Below are positions 28,453 through 37,714 of a stretch of 64,000 nucleotides of DNA, in pieces (the stretch's first letter is position 1; each line of letters begins with the position of its first letter). The notes under the pieces are model-generated. The model saw only the letters and a program-made list of their open reading frames with translations. It was not told where the DNA came from and made no database searches. Origin of the DNA: an uncultured archaeon (lineage in GTDB: Archaea; Asgardarchaeota; Thorarchaeia; Thorarchaeales; Thorarchaeaceae); assembly GCA_964458565.1 (NCBI GenBank), contig CAYWJO010000005.1:52375-116374 (forward strand), written 5' to 3'. The position numbers and the translations under genes are program-made.

Positions 28453-29396
28453 GGCTCTCGCCTCGCTAGAAGAAGACTACCATCTGCTGCACCCGCAAGC
28501 AATAGCTCCTTTAGATCGTCTGGAACTGCAGATTTAACAAGTGAAGCAGATTCCAAAACTCTTCTTATTTCACTGATATAATGTTTGAGTAGGAGTCTCA
28601 TGAGACCTAGTTTTTGACTATTACGATCAACCCAGAGGCTGAATACTCCGTTTGGCACAGCATAAATGAAATGACGATTACTTCCTGTTTCACAAAGAAC
28701 AGTTTGAAGTGCACTATTTCTCAATGTTCTGACAACTCTTTCCGAAGCATCATGAAGTGCAAAAGACATAGCAGCAAGTCTATCATTTGTGAATCTCTCT
28801 AATGAAACACGAACTCCTCCACTAAGCGAAAGGAATACAGAATGAATATTTGGAATACTATCATGTATCTGACGAAGTAAGGCTCTAAGAGTGAGTGCTT
28901 GAGACCGGTCAAGTGATATCAGAGATCTTGTTACAGAATATTTTTTCCCTTGGCCTTCCGATACCGCAAAGCCTTCTAAGACCTGCTGTGTTTCATGCAT
29001 ACTGTATGAACGAAGGGGAGGAAGTCGACCATCTATGTGCTGCCTGAGAAGATAAACAAGGCGTGACAGACTATCTTTCATTTCAATAAACAAGGCTGCC
29101 AGATTTACCCTCGGTGCTGTGGTCACTGTCAGAAAGTAATCTTGGTCATTTGGAAGGGCAGCAAGAAACACCTTCGAAGTTTCAGATTCCATAAGGAGGT
29201 ATTTGAAATCGTTATGTATCAACTTTGCAACACCAAAAATAGCACAAGTAGATGACGCAACTGCAAACACTTCCTCTTTACTGAACCATACCCCCGCACT
29301 TGCAACGGGAAGTCCATCTTTTTGTATCAAGACTACATTTTCAACACCTGCAATCATCTTGATACTCTGCAGTGTTTCATTCAATTCTTCTGTCAC
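28449..29396 (-). CDS. Tandem Roadblock/LC7 (MglB-like) domain protein
   Basis: Two repeats: GVENVVLIQKDGLPVAS...VFAVASS and NIHSVFLSLSGG...RLAAMSFAL, ending in VNLAALF and KLGLMRL. Confidence 0.85.
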   Translation of the reverse strand: MTEELNETLQSIKMIAGVENVVLIQKDGLPVASAGVWFSKEEVFAVASSTCAIFGVAKLIHNDFKYLLMESETSKVFLAALPNDQDYFLTVTTAPRVNLAALFIEMKDSLSRLVYLLRQHIDGRLPPLRSYSMHETQQVLEGFAVSEGQGKKYSVTRSLISLDRSQALTLRALLRQIHDSIPNIHSVFLSLSGGVRVSLERFTNDRLAAMSFALHDASERVVRTLRNSALQTVLCETGSNRHFIYAVPNGVFSLWVDRNSQKLGLMRLLLKHYISEIRRVLESASLVKSAVPDDLKELLLAGAADGSLLLARREP

Positions 29397-29511
29397 TTTT
29401 CAGCCTCATGGATAATATGGTAAATCCAAGATACTGTCTAAGAAGATGCTATTTAATCTCCACACAGTTTATCAAACACCACATACACGAAACTAAGAAC
29501 ACACAAACAGA

Positions 29512-30825
29512 TTACATATGAATTAACGCTGCATCAGGAGCCTCTTGAAATATCTCTCGAGCTGCACGACCTACTTTAACTCTGAATCTATCAGATGTAT
29601 ATACCCGAATCACATCAAAATAACCTCTCATCATATTGGCAATATTCGAGTAGTCTGATAGATTATGAGAAACTTTTTTCCCTTCAATTATTTCGAATAC
29701 TCTAATCTCCATTGGTTTGACCTGATAGGGATTGTAGGGTACGGACGGAAGGGTTGGCACATCCACTATTACCTCCTCCGATGCAATACCCACAGTTTCA
29801 GCTATTTCAATTTGAATACTCTCTCTAACTTTTTTCTTGGTAAGAATCTTAGAAACAAACCTATCTTCGGTATGCAAGACTTTCTCAAATGCTGATTTGT
29901 AGAGAACTCTACTATCTAATAGATTAACAATACGTACTGCTTCTTTTGCCTCTTCGGACTCAGTTCGGTCAATTTGCCTTATTTGCGAAATCAATGAAAC
30001 ATCATCTAAGACTAGAAACTCATCCGGAGTGGAAAAGCTAGTAAGATTCAAGGTTTTATCTGCAGCATGCATTAGGTTTACGAGCATTACTTCGACACTT
30101 CTAACAGCTTTGTGATAATACACATTCAAAAACATCTCATATCTTGCAACTAGAAAAGCTTCAAGAGCCCCTCTTGCTGCTAAATCAAATTCAAGAGTTT
30201 TTTCCTTAGATACATCCAAACTCCGTATCAATCGATGTATATCGACAAGTCCGTAGTTTACACCACAATAGAAAGAGTCCCGAATGAGATAATCCATCTT
30301 ATCAGCATCTACCTGTCCGGCTACTATCCCACTTATTACCCCATCAAAATTCTTTACTCGACGCCCCCGTACCAGATCAGCAATCCGCTTTTTTGATATC
30401 CCTCCTTTCTCCATTATATCTCCTACTGCACTCTTCTTTATCATCCACTCTGTAACATCTTCATGATTCATACCACGATTCTCAATCAAAGCTTCTTCAA
30501 AGACATGACTGAATGGACCGTGACCTAAATCATGTAACAATCCTGCAATTCGTATGTCCTGTAATACATCATCTCCGAGTCCTAAAAGTGGCAAAAGCCT
30601 ACTTCCAGTGAGACCGGCTAGATACATTGCACCAATACAATGACCGAATCTAGTATGCTCAGCTGTTGGATAAACAAAATGTCCTCCTGAGAGTTGTTTG
30701 ATTCTACGTAGTCTCTGATATGGCTCAGAATCTATAATCCCCTTTTCAACTTCAGTCAATCCAATTAACCCATGAATGGGATCATTAATTTCCATTATGA
30801 AATCCAAATTACCACCTACTGTCAT
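29512..30825 (-). CDS. HD-domain phosphohydrolase (SAMHD1-like dNTPase family)
   Basis: DPIHG, QRLRRIKQL, HTRFGHCIG, LLHDLGHGPFSH, DADKMDYLIRD. Confidence 0.92.
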   Translation of the reverse strand: MTVGGNLDFIMEINDPIHGLIGLTEVEKGIIDSEPYQRLRRIKQLSGGHFVYPTAEHTRFGHCIGAMYLAGLTGSRLLPLLGLGDDVLQDIRIAGLLHDLGHGPFSHVFEEALIENRGMNHEDVTEWMIKKSAVGDIMEKGGISKKRIADLVRGRRVKNFDGVISGIVAGQVDADKMDYLIRDSFYCGVNYGLVDIHRLIRSLDVSKEKTLEFDLAARGALEAFLVARYEMFLNVYYHKAVRSVEVMLVNLMHAADKTLNLTSFSTPDEFLVLDDVSLISQIRQIDRTESEEAKEAVRIVNLLDSRVLYKSAFEKVLHTEDRFVSKILTKKKVRESIQIEIAETVGIASEEVIVDVPTLPSVPYNPYQVKPMEIRVFEIIEGKKVSHNLSDYSNIANMMRGYFDVIRVYTSDRFRVKVGRAAREIFQEAPDAALIHM

Positions 30826-31634
30826 ATCTTAGGGTCAAACTGTCTTATCTCACGAATCATCACTTCTGCTGAACTAATTTGTGAAACACACAATGGAAGA
30901 TGAATACTATCAGCAATTTTAACTGCCAAGGGGTCCAACTCTTTCACACCCTGAAGAATCACGACTGCCGGTTTTACTGCAACAGAGGTTCCCATCTGAC
31001 TAGCTTTTATTGCTACCATCGGTGATCGACCTGTAGACACATTTGTGAGTATTGCAGCTCTTTGTGTTGTACCACCATAGAGCCGTAACAATTGTTGTGG
31101 TGTAAGATTCACTATTGCTTTCACACTATCTAAAACAGTATATCCATATATGTCACGTTCAAGCAGACTCTTATGAGTCAACACCTTACAATTCAGTTTT
31201 TCTACTAGTACTCTTGCGGGAACAGGAACTCCAAACTCCCTACTGTCGAGTATAGCTTCGGACCCAATTTCCGGAGATATTAGCTTTTCAAGAGCCATGA
31301 CAACACGACTGCCACTGGCCGCATCCATGTCTATTAATCCCTCAACAAATCGTTTGATTGTATCAACACGTGGAGATTTACGTCTTCCACTTTCGTAATC
31401 ACTTATTACAGAGGGAGATACATCCAGATGGTTTGCAAGAGTCTTTTGAGATATTTGAAATCTTTTCCGCCATCTCTTCATTACTCTACCCGGATCGTTT
31501 TCTGCTAAACAAATTTCGCCGGCCATTGTTTCAGCAAGCCGTTGAAGCGACTCACTCCAATCCATGAATATCATCTCGTGTCTGTAACAGATAAGACTTG
31601 CGTAAAAGTCGATATAGATTACGTCAAATACCAA
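30822..31634 (-). CDS. Archaeal XRE-type HTH transcriptional regulator (COG1709-like); real start likely ~31565
   Basis: MAGEI...PG..MKRWR, SVISDYESGRRKSP, STGRSPMVAIK. Confidence 0.88.
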   Translation of the reverse strand: MVFDVIYIDFYASLICYRHEMIFMDWSESLQRLAETMAGEICLAENDPGRVMKRWRKRFQISQKTLANHLDVSPSVISDYESGRRKSPRVDTIKRFVEGLIDMDAASGSRVVMALEKLISPEIGSEAILDSREFGVPVPARVLVEKLNCKVLTHKSLLERDIYGYTVLDSVKAIVNLTPQQLLRLYGGTTQRAAILTNVSTGRSPMVAIKASQMGTSVAVKPAVVILQGVKELDPLAVKIADSIHLPLCVSQISSAEVMIREIRQFDPKI

Positions 31635-31726
31635 CTAAAACAGAGCCAATGATTCACGGATTCATCTGATATATCTACCGAAGGACTCAAAGAGATAATT
31701 GTTTACCAACACCTCAGGTTAATGAT

Positions 31727-32497
31727 ATGTTCTTCATTTTTATCGTTGGCATGGCCGGATCCGGAAAATCTCTCTTGACTGCATCACTTGAGAAGTGGTT
31801 AGTAGGATCTAATATGAGTGTTTCAGTTGTAAATATCGACCCCGGAGTTGAGAGCCCACCTTATACAAGTGATGTTGATATAAGAGAGTATGTAGACTAT
31901 GGTGAAATAATGAAACAATATGGCCTTGGACCAAATGGCGCTCTTGTTGCTTCACTTGATATGGCACTAAACTATGTTACTGATATTCGAGAAGAAATCG
32001 CAGAAGAAAGCAGGGACTATGTGCTTGTTGATTGTCCAGGACAAATGGAATTATTCGCATATCGTAATTCTGGACCTCTTATGGTTTCAAGTCTGCATGG
32101 AACAGATTCTGCACTTTCCCTCTATCTTATGGATTCTAACATTGCTAGGACTGCTACAGGTTATATTGCCTCACTCTTGTTAGGAATATCAATCAATATC
32201 CGCTTTGGACTACCCCAACTTAACGTCTTGAGTAAATCTGATATATTAACTCCTGAAGAACTAATCAAACTTGAAATGTGGTCCGATGAACCGTATACAC
32301 TCGAAGAGGCTGTTGATGAGTCAAGTACGGGTCTAATACGCGAATACTCGAAATCAACCCTGGTGATGCTGGATCAAATGGGTGGTGGTACGAGTATCAT
32401 CCCCGTATCAGCAAAACAGATGACCAACATCGACACGCTATATGGTGGAATTCAGAGAATTCTGGCTGGTGGCGAAGATTATCTTTCATTTGAGTAG
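31727..32497 (+). CDS. GPN-loop GTPase
   Basis: GMAGSGKS, NIDPG, YGLGPNGA, DCPGQMELF, SKSD. Confidence 0.93.
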   Translation: MFFIFIVGMAGSGKSLLTASLEKWLVGSNMSVSVVNIDPGVESPPYTSDVDIREYVDYGEIMKQYGLGPNGALVASLDMALNYVTDIREEIAEESRDYVLVDCPGQMELFAYRNSGPLMVSSLHGTDSALSLYLMDSNIARTATGYIASLLLGISINIRFGLPQLNVLSKSDILTPEELIKLEMWSDEPYTLEEAVDESSTGLIREYSKSTLVMLDQMGGGTSIIPVSAKQMTNIDTLYGGIQRILAGGEDYLSFE

Positions 32498-32506
32498 GGG
32501 TCAAGT

Positions 32507-33535
32507 TTGAATCAATATTTTGTACTCCTGTCAGGTGAAAGTACTGAGCTTGGTCTTGCTGAAATTGAGTCATTAGCTACACTGTTAGACTACCATATCA
32601 CAATTAAACAAGTAGGCAGATTTCTCTTTTTGACTAGTGCTAAAGATCCCACGTCTTTTCTTTTAGATAGAGCCGCATTACTGAAACAAACAGGATCGAT
32701 TTTAGCTATAAACCACATCTCTGATGATAGCAGCGTCATCAATCTGACAGATATTTCTCAACACATAGAACCGGGACAAAGCTTCTCATTACAATCATTA
32801 TCACTCATGAACAATCGAATGAAGAATTATAGAGCGACTTTAATCCAAGAACTTGGAGGCAAAATAAAAGCCATCACAGGAAGTCCTGTTTCACTGGAAA
32901 AACCGGATATAACATTTTCAGTTTTTTTACTAGATGAAAAAATAATATTCTGCAAATCTATCCAATCTAAAATGAACAGTATTTTAAAGAATCGCAATCC
33001 AGCCAAAAAAAGGTTCTTTCATCCTTCTATGATGAATGCAAAACTAGCTCGGATAATGTGCAATCTTTCGGGACTAAAGGTCAATGATACAATTCTTGAT
33101 CCATTCTGTGGAGGAGCAGGTATCCTATCCGAGGCAATGGCAATTGGTGCAAAAGGTATAGGAATAGACCTGGACTGGGCTCTCCTAAAAGGTGCATACA
33201 CCAATTTATCCAACCTTTACAACAAAGACTTCACCCTTTTACAAAGTGATGCAAGACTACTATCTTTTGATAGATATATTATAGATGCAATTGTAACTGA
33301 TCCCCCTTATGGACGAACAAGTTCAACGAGAGGCGCTCAGTCTCCTTCTCTTATTCAAGAAACTCTTAGTCTGGCTAGCAATATATTGAACAAATCAGGA
33401 CGATTGTGTATCAGTGGTAGTTTAGAAATGAACATACCAGACATTGTAAAGGAAAGTGGTTTCAAAATACTCCGCTGTAATAAAATCTATGTTCATAGTA
33501 GTCTGACACGAGAAATAGTGACTGCAACGATTTAA
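32507..33535 (+). CDS. trm11: tRNA (guanine-10-N2)-methyltransferase, Trm11-like with THUMP domain
   Basis: FFHPSMM..KLAR.MCNL, LDPFCGGAG, TDPPYGR, VHSSLTR. Confidence 0.88.
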   Translation: MNQYFVLLSGESTELGLAEIESLATLLDYHITIKQVGRFLFLTSAKDPTSFLLDRAALLKQTGSILAINHISDDSSVINLTDISQHIEPGQSFSLQSLSLMNNRMKNYRATLIQELGGKIKAITGSPVSLEKPDITFSVFLLDEKIIFCKSIQSKMNSILKNRNPAKKRFFHPSMMNAKLARIMCNLSGLKVNDTILDPFCGGAGILSEAMAIGAKGIGIDLDWALLKGAYTNLSNLYNKDFTLLQSDARLLSFDRYIIDAIVTDPPYGRTSSTRGAQSPSLIQETLSLASNILNKSGRLCISGSLEMNIPDIVKESGFKILRCNKIYVHSSLTREIVTATI

Positions 33536-34020
33536 TCCAATACTACTTTTCCATTTCTTGTTGGTGGTGTAAACCATCTTTTGAACTGCTCGAAATCGTC
33601 GTCATTTTTGGAATCAATCTGCATCTCGATAAATCCCAGAGGTGGATTTTCTTCTGAATCATCCATCAAACGCAATCTACTTACATATGCAACCTGTTTA
33701 TCAAATCGAATAATAGTATTAGCCCCATTCCAGTTCTTTTCTAATCTTGACCGAACTGCATCGATAATCCTAGTATTATGAATCATTTGTTTCAGTTGTT
33801 CAAGAGAGGTTCTATCTTTTATTTTGAGTGTCAATTCAGTACCAACATCAAGAAGTCGTTCTTCAATCGAACTTTCTGGAAAGAGATTCAATAATGCCCT
33901 CTCGACTCTTTCAGGATCTTCCGTTGGATTAACTATACATCGAATATAACCAATCATTCTAAAGAACTCTCTCAACAACTTCTCTAGAGGCTTCCCTGAA
34001 CTCTTCAAGTGTTCTCTCAT
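33532..34020 (-). CDS. UPF0201/DUF54 RNA-binding protein (start likely ~33957)
   Basis: VNPTEDPERV..AL.NLFP, KQVAYV, PPLG.I. Confidence 0.85.
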   Translation of the reverse strand: MREHLKSSGKPLEKLLREFFRMIGYIRCIVNPTEDPERVERALLNLFPESSIEERLLDVGTELTLKIKDRTSLEQLKQMIHNTRIIDAVRSRLEKNWNGANTIIRFDKQVAYVSRLRLMDDSEENPPLGFIEMQIDSKNDDDFEQFKRWFTPPTRNGKVVLD

Positions 34021-34498
34021 TCACAATCATCAGGTTGCTTAGTGCAATTACCCCTCCAAGTCCAACTGAGAGCTCGCGCAAGTCTCTTTCTTTGAAAGAC
34101 AACCAATCTATAGGGGCATCTTTTCGTCCGCGATCCTGAAGTCTATCAAACCTTGTGGCTGGTGAAGAATGTACTCCAATAATAATCAATTCATCGGCAT
34201 AATCATCGAAAACATCTACTTCATCAATGCTCCGACAGCCTTCAATCACAATTACCATCGAGTCTATTTTCTTAAGTTTCTGTACACAATGTTTTGCTAT
34301 GGCACCCAATCCATCAATTTCTCTTAGCTCAAGCATAATCTTTTTGGTGTTTTCTGGATTTGGATCCAAGCCTCTTTTTATCGCTTCTTCTCGTACTACA
34401 TTTCCCATTACGATTACTGGCATTCCTACAGCTTTGAATGCATCTGCAATCTCACTTTTTCCTGCTCCAGGCATACCTGTTATGATTACAAGTTTCAC
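33959..34498 (-). CDS. UPF0200 P-loop kinase (dephospho-CoA kinase-like)
   Basis: ITGMPGAGKS, MGNVVREE, EGCRS..EV, RF.RL..RGR.D, ERDLREL..GLG.VIA. Confidence 0.85.
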   Translation of the reverse strand: MKLVIITGMPGAGKSEIADAFKAVGMPVIVMGNVVREEAIKRGLDPNPENTKKIMLELREIDGLGAIAKHCVQKLKKIDSMVIVIEGCRSIDEVDVFDDYADELIIIGVHSSPATRFDRLQDRGRKDAPIDWLSFKERDLRELSVGLGGVIALSNLMIVNERTLEEFREASREVVERVL

Positions 34499-34567
34499 CG
34501 GATGCTTCTCTCCTTATTTGTTAGTAATCCAATTGGAATGCAACTTTACCTTTGTGGTATCCTATCA

Positions 34568-35725
34568 TTATACCATATAATCAGGAGTCTTCCTAGTATC
34601 CTTCCCTAAAATTTCCATGATGCATTCATCGTCTATTTCACTTCGGGCTTCTGTAATTGCCACATGAAGAGCCTCTTTCAATACACGATCACGTAGGTCT
34701 CTGCCAGAATATCCTTCGGTCATCATAACAATTTTATCGATGCTTGCTCGAAGCGGTATAGGCAATTTTGCTGAGTAGAACTTCAAAATTTCTCGACGTT
34801 CTTCTTTACTTGGTAATGGGAATTCGAACAACGTATCAAATCTAGAGCGTATTGCTGAATCAATCATTTGCCCTGCATTAGTAGCTCCGATTACAACAAC
34901 ACCTGATTCATCATCTGTTCGATCAAGTTCACTTAACAGAGCCGTTACAACTTCAGAAACATCCCCTCTAATTGATTGAAATGAACGCGTCAAACCAATA
35001 GCATCTAGCTCATCAATGAAGATTATACTGGGAGCTTCTCTTCTAGCATCTTCAAAAAGTGCACTTATTCTTCTCCCTCCATCACCAACATGCACACCGA
35101 TTAAATCCGATGCCTTAACCAAGAATATATTTGCATCAGCCTCACTGGCCAATGCTCTAGCAGTCATAGTCTTCCCCGTACCTGGTGGGCCATGGAATAG
35201 TACAGCACGTGGTGCCCATTCACCAAAAACCGACGGGTCCATGAGATATTTTAGTATTAATCTGCATTTCCTAATTACAGACTCATGTCCAACAATATCA
35301 CTGAATCTTACTTTCTTGCCAATGTGCCTTCTTGAAGATATATCAGCATTGAGTATGATTTTAGAATCAAACGTAATCACCGAATCTTGAGGTTGTACAT
35401 CCAAAACTTGGAATGCATAATCTGGCATGACATACTTGTCAAAAAGGTACATTCCCTTCTTGACGACAGTCCCCATCCACTGCTCTCTAGCATAGTCCTC
35501 GAATAATTCCACATTGTCTGTTTCAACACCTATTGTTTGGGGGTCTCCTTTGGTTCGAAACGGAAATGATGCGCCTCTTAAGACAACTAATTCTGCGGCA
35601 GGAACTTCAAGGCCACGGTGGCGTGATTTCTTCTTGGATGTTTCTTTTGTGCCAGTTGGAAGATCAACTCCAGAATCTTTACGTTTAGTCAACTCGAATA
35701 GTTCCACCAAACTCTCGACAGACAA
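34568..35725 (-). CDS. Archaeal AAA+ ATPase (COG1223-like)
   Basis: YAREQW.G, FGEWAPR.VLF.GPPGTGKT, IFIDELDAI, second region of homology DSAIRSRF. Confidence 0.9.
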   Translation of the reverse strand: MSVESLVELFELTKRKDSGVDLPTGTKETSKKKSRHRGLEVPAAELVVLRGASFPFRTKGDPQTIGVETDNVELFEDYAREQWMGTVVKKGMYLFDKYVMPDYAFQVLDVQPQDSVITFDSKIILNADISSRRHIGKKVRFSDIVGHESVIRKCRLILKYLMDPSVFGEWAPRAVLFHGPPGTGKTMTARALASEADANIFLVKASDLIGVHVGDGGRRISALFEDARREAPSIIFIDELDAIGLTRSFQSIRGDVSEVVTALLSELDRTDDESGVVVIGATNAGQMIDSAIRSRFDTLFEFPLPSKEERREILKFYSAKLPIPLRASIDKIVMMTEGYSGRDLRDRVLKEALHVAITEARSEIDDECIMEILGKDTRKTPDYMV

Positions 35726-35803
35726 TCTGCCTTTAAGCCTATACTTTGAACCAACAATCGTCAGGATAATATTGTCAAAGATATAGGATAGGTCGAGGTT
35801 ATC

Positions 35804-36373
35804 ATGGTGAGTGAAATGATACGTGTGTTTCTTAGTGTAGATATAGAAGACGAAAATCTCATTTCAAGAATCAAGGAGATTCAGAATCTTTTGGATCAAG
35901 ATGCTGCAAAAATGAAACTGGTCGAGGAAGAGAATATCCACTTCACTTGGCGTTTCTTTGGTGATACTTCATTGGATGCAGTCGATTCAATACGTAAAGA
36001 ACTAAGTAAACTTGACTTTTCTTCCTTCTCTATTAGCATCTCAGGTGTATCGGCTTTCCCAAAAATCAGTCGTCCAAGAGTAGTCTGGATTGGAGTAGAT
36101 GAAAATGCAGAATTAATGATCAAACTGAAGAGAGAAACTGACAGACTTATCTCAGTACTGGGATATCGCCCAGAAAAAAAGGAATTCACACCTCATGCTA
36201 CAATTGCAAGAATCCGCGCAATAAGGGACAGTGATGCAATTGTCCGTAATCTTGAGGAATTAGCTAACGAATATGTTGGAAATATGAAAATCAAGTCCAT
36301 AAGTATGACCAAAAGCATACTCACATCATCAGGTGCGATTTATGAAACACTTTGGAGAATTCCTCTGAGCTAG
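35804..36373 (+). CDS. thpR: RNA 2',3'-cyclic phosphodiesterase (2H family)
   Basis: Two HxT motifs (HFTWRF, PHATIAR), PRVVWIGV, S.LT..GAIY. Confidence 0.92.
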   Translation: MVSEMIRVFLSVDIEDENLISRIKEIQNLLDQDAAKMKLVEEENIHFTWRFFGDTSLDAVDSIRKELSKLDFSSFSISISGVSAFPKISRPRVVWIGVDENAELMIKLKRETDRLISVLGYRPEKKEFTPHATIARIRAIRDSDAIVRNLEELANEYVGNMKIKSISMTKSILTSSGAIYETLWRIPLS

Positions 36374-36396
36374 TTCCATATCATAACATAATAATG

Positions 36397-36535
36397 TGGT
36401 GGGCCGGGGGCGAATTTCATCTCGTTGATGATTACAACGAAATCTTGAACGCCCGGTCTCTTGCATTCCGTGACTTGAGGTCTAATGACCACAGTCGCCC
36501 CAAGCAAGAATCATACCAAGCTAGACTACCGACCC
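36397..36535 (-). tRNA. tRNA-Pro(GGG) with two introns (37/38, 32 nt; 59/60, 30 nt)
   Basis: A cloverleaf with CCA is obtained after removing 36466-36497 and 36414-36443. The T-loop intron has a perfect BHB (TTCA/TGAA). Confidence 0.92.
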
Positions 36536-36633
36536 ATAGACATCAAGGCCTATTCTATTTCCAAAATAAAGGTTCCCAAACATCAATACTAGAACACGTG
36601 TTCTAATAATACGATTCATTTACTAGTCAGTAT

Positions 36634-37707
36634 GTGAAACTTCTGATGATGACAACTGATTTGATTTTCCACGATATATTCACTAAACATGAACTAAGTC
36701 CAGGACACCCTGAATCACCAGCACGTCTTGTAACAGCATTAGAGTACATCAGGCGTAGAAATCTTCTTGAAAATTATGAAATTTCACTAATAACACCAAC
36801 CGATTCAGAAATATCCTCAATATATCAAATTCATTCGAAAGAGTACGTCGAAGATATACGAACTAAATCGCAGATGGGTGGGGGATTCTTCACGCTTGAC
36901 ACGTCTTCCAACGAATATACCTATGATGCAGCTATATTAGCTGCATGTGGAGGAGTACAAGCAATAAATCGAATAGTATCAGGAGAGAGTGAAAATGCAT
37001 ACGTGTTGTGTAGGCCTCCCGGTCATCATGCTGAATATGACCGTGCCTATGGGTTCTGTTTCATCAATAACATAGCAGTAGCTGCACAACACCTCATAGA
37101 TTATCATGAGCTTCAAAAAGTGCTCATAGTTGATTATGATGCGCATCATGGAAATGGAACGCAAAACGCGTTTTACTCAAGCAATCAAGTTCTCTATATT
37201 GGTCTACATCAAGATGGTCGTACACTATTTCCAGGATCTGGTTTTCCTAGAGAACTTGGTGAGGGTGAAGGTACTAATTATAATATAAATCTGGCAATGT
37301 ATCCTGGTGCGGGTGATAAATCCTATGAGTTAGCATTTAATGATATAGTAAAACCAATTGCTGAATCGTTCAAACCAGAATTCATTCTTGTTTCTGTAGG
37401 ATCCGATTGTCATTTCAGTGATCCTCTAACATCTCTGGGTCTGACAACTGGCGGAATGGCTATGATGAACAAAGCCCTCCACCAAATGTCCGAAATATCT
37501 GCAAATGGAAGGCTTGCTTTCTTTCTGGAGGGAGGATACAATCTTGATATTGTTGGTCAATGTTCTCAACTGATATTGGAGGAGCTCGTAGGAGCGGAAA
37601 TAACTGATTTTCATGATGAACATTCAGAATCTGAGAAGAGTATTGAGTACACAACAGAGCTGATTAATGTATTACAATCTCGACTGGAATCAACTTTTCT
37701 AACATAA
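36634..37707 (+). CDS. Histone deacetylase family protein
   Basis: HPESPARL, RPPGHHA, GFCFINN, DYDAHHGNGTQ, LEGGY. Confidence 0.95.
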   Translation: MKLLMMTTDLIFHDIFTKHELSPGHPESPARLVTALEYIRRRNLLENYEISLITPTDSEISSIYQIHSKEYVEDIRTKSQMGGGFFTLDTSSNEYTYDAAILAACGGVQAINRIVSGESENAYVLCRPPGHHAEYDRAYGFCFINNIAVAAQHLIDYHELQKVLIVDYDAHHGNGTQNAFYSSNQVLYIGLHQDGRTLFPGSGFPRELGEGEGTNYNINLAMYPGAGDKSYELAFNDIVKPIAESFKPEFILVSVGSDCHFSDPLTSLGLTTGGMAMMNKALHQMSEISANGRLAFFLEGGYNLDIVGQCSQLILEELVGAEITDFHDEHSESEKSIEYTTELINVLQSRLESTFLT

Positions 37708-37714
37708 AAGATAT

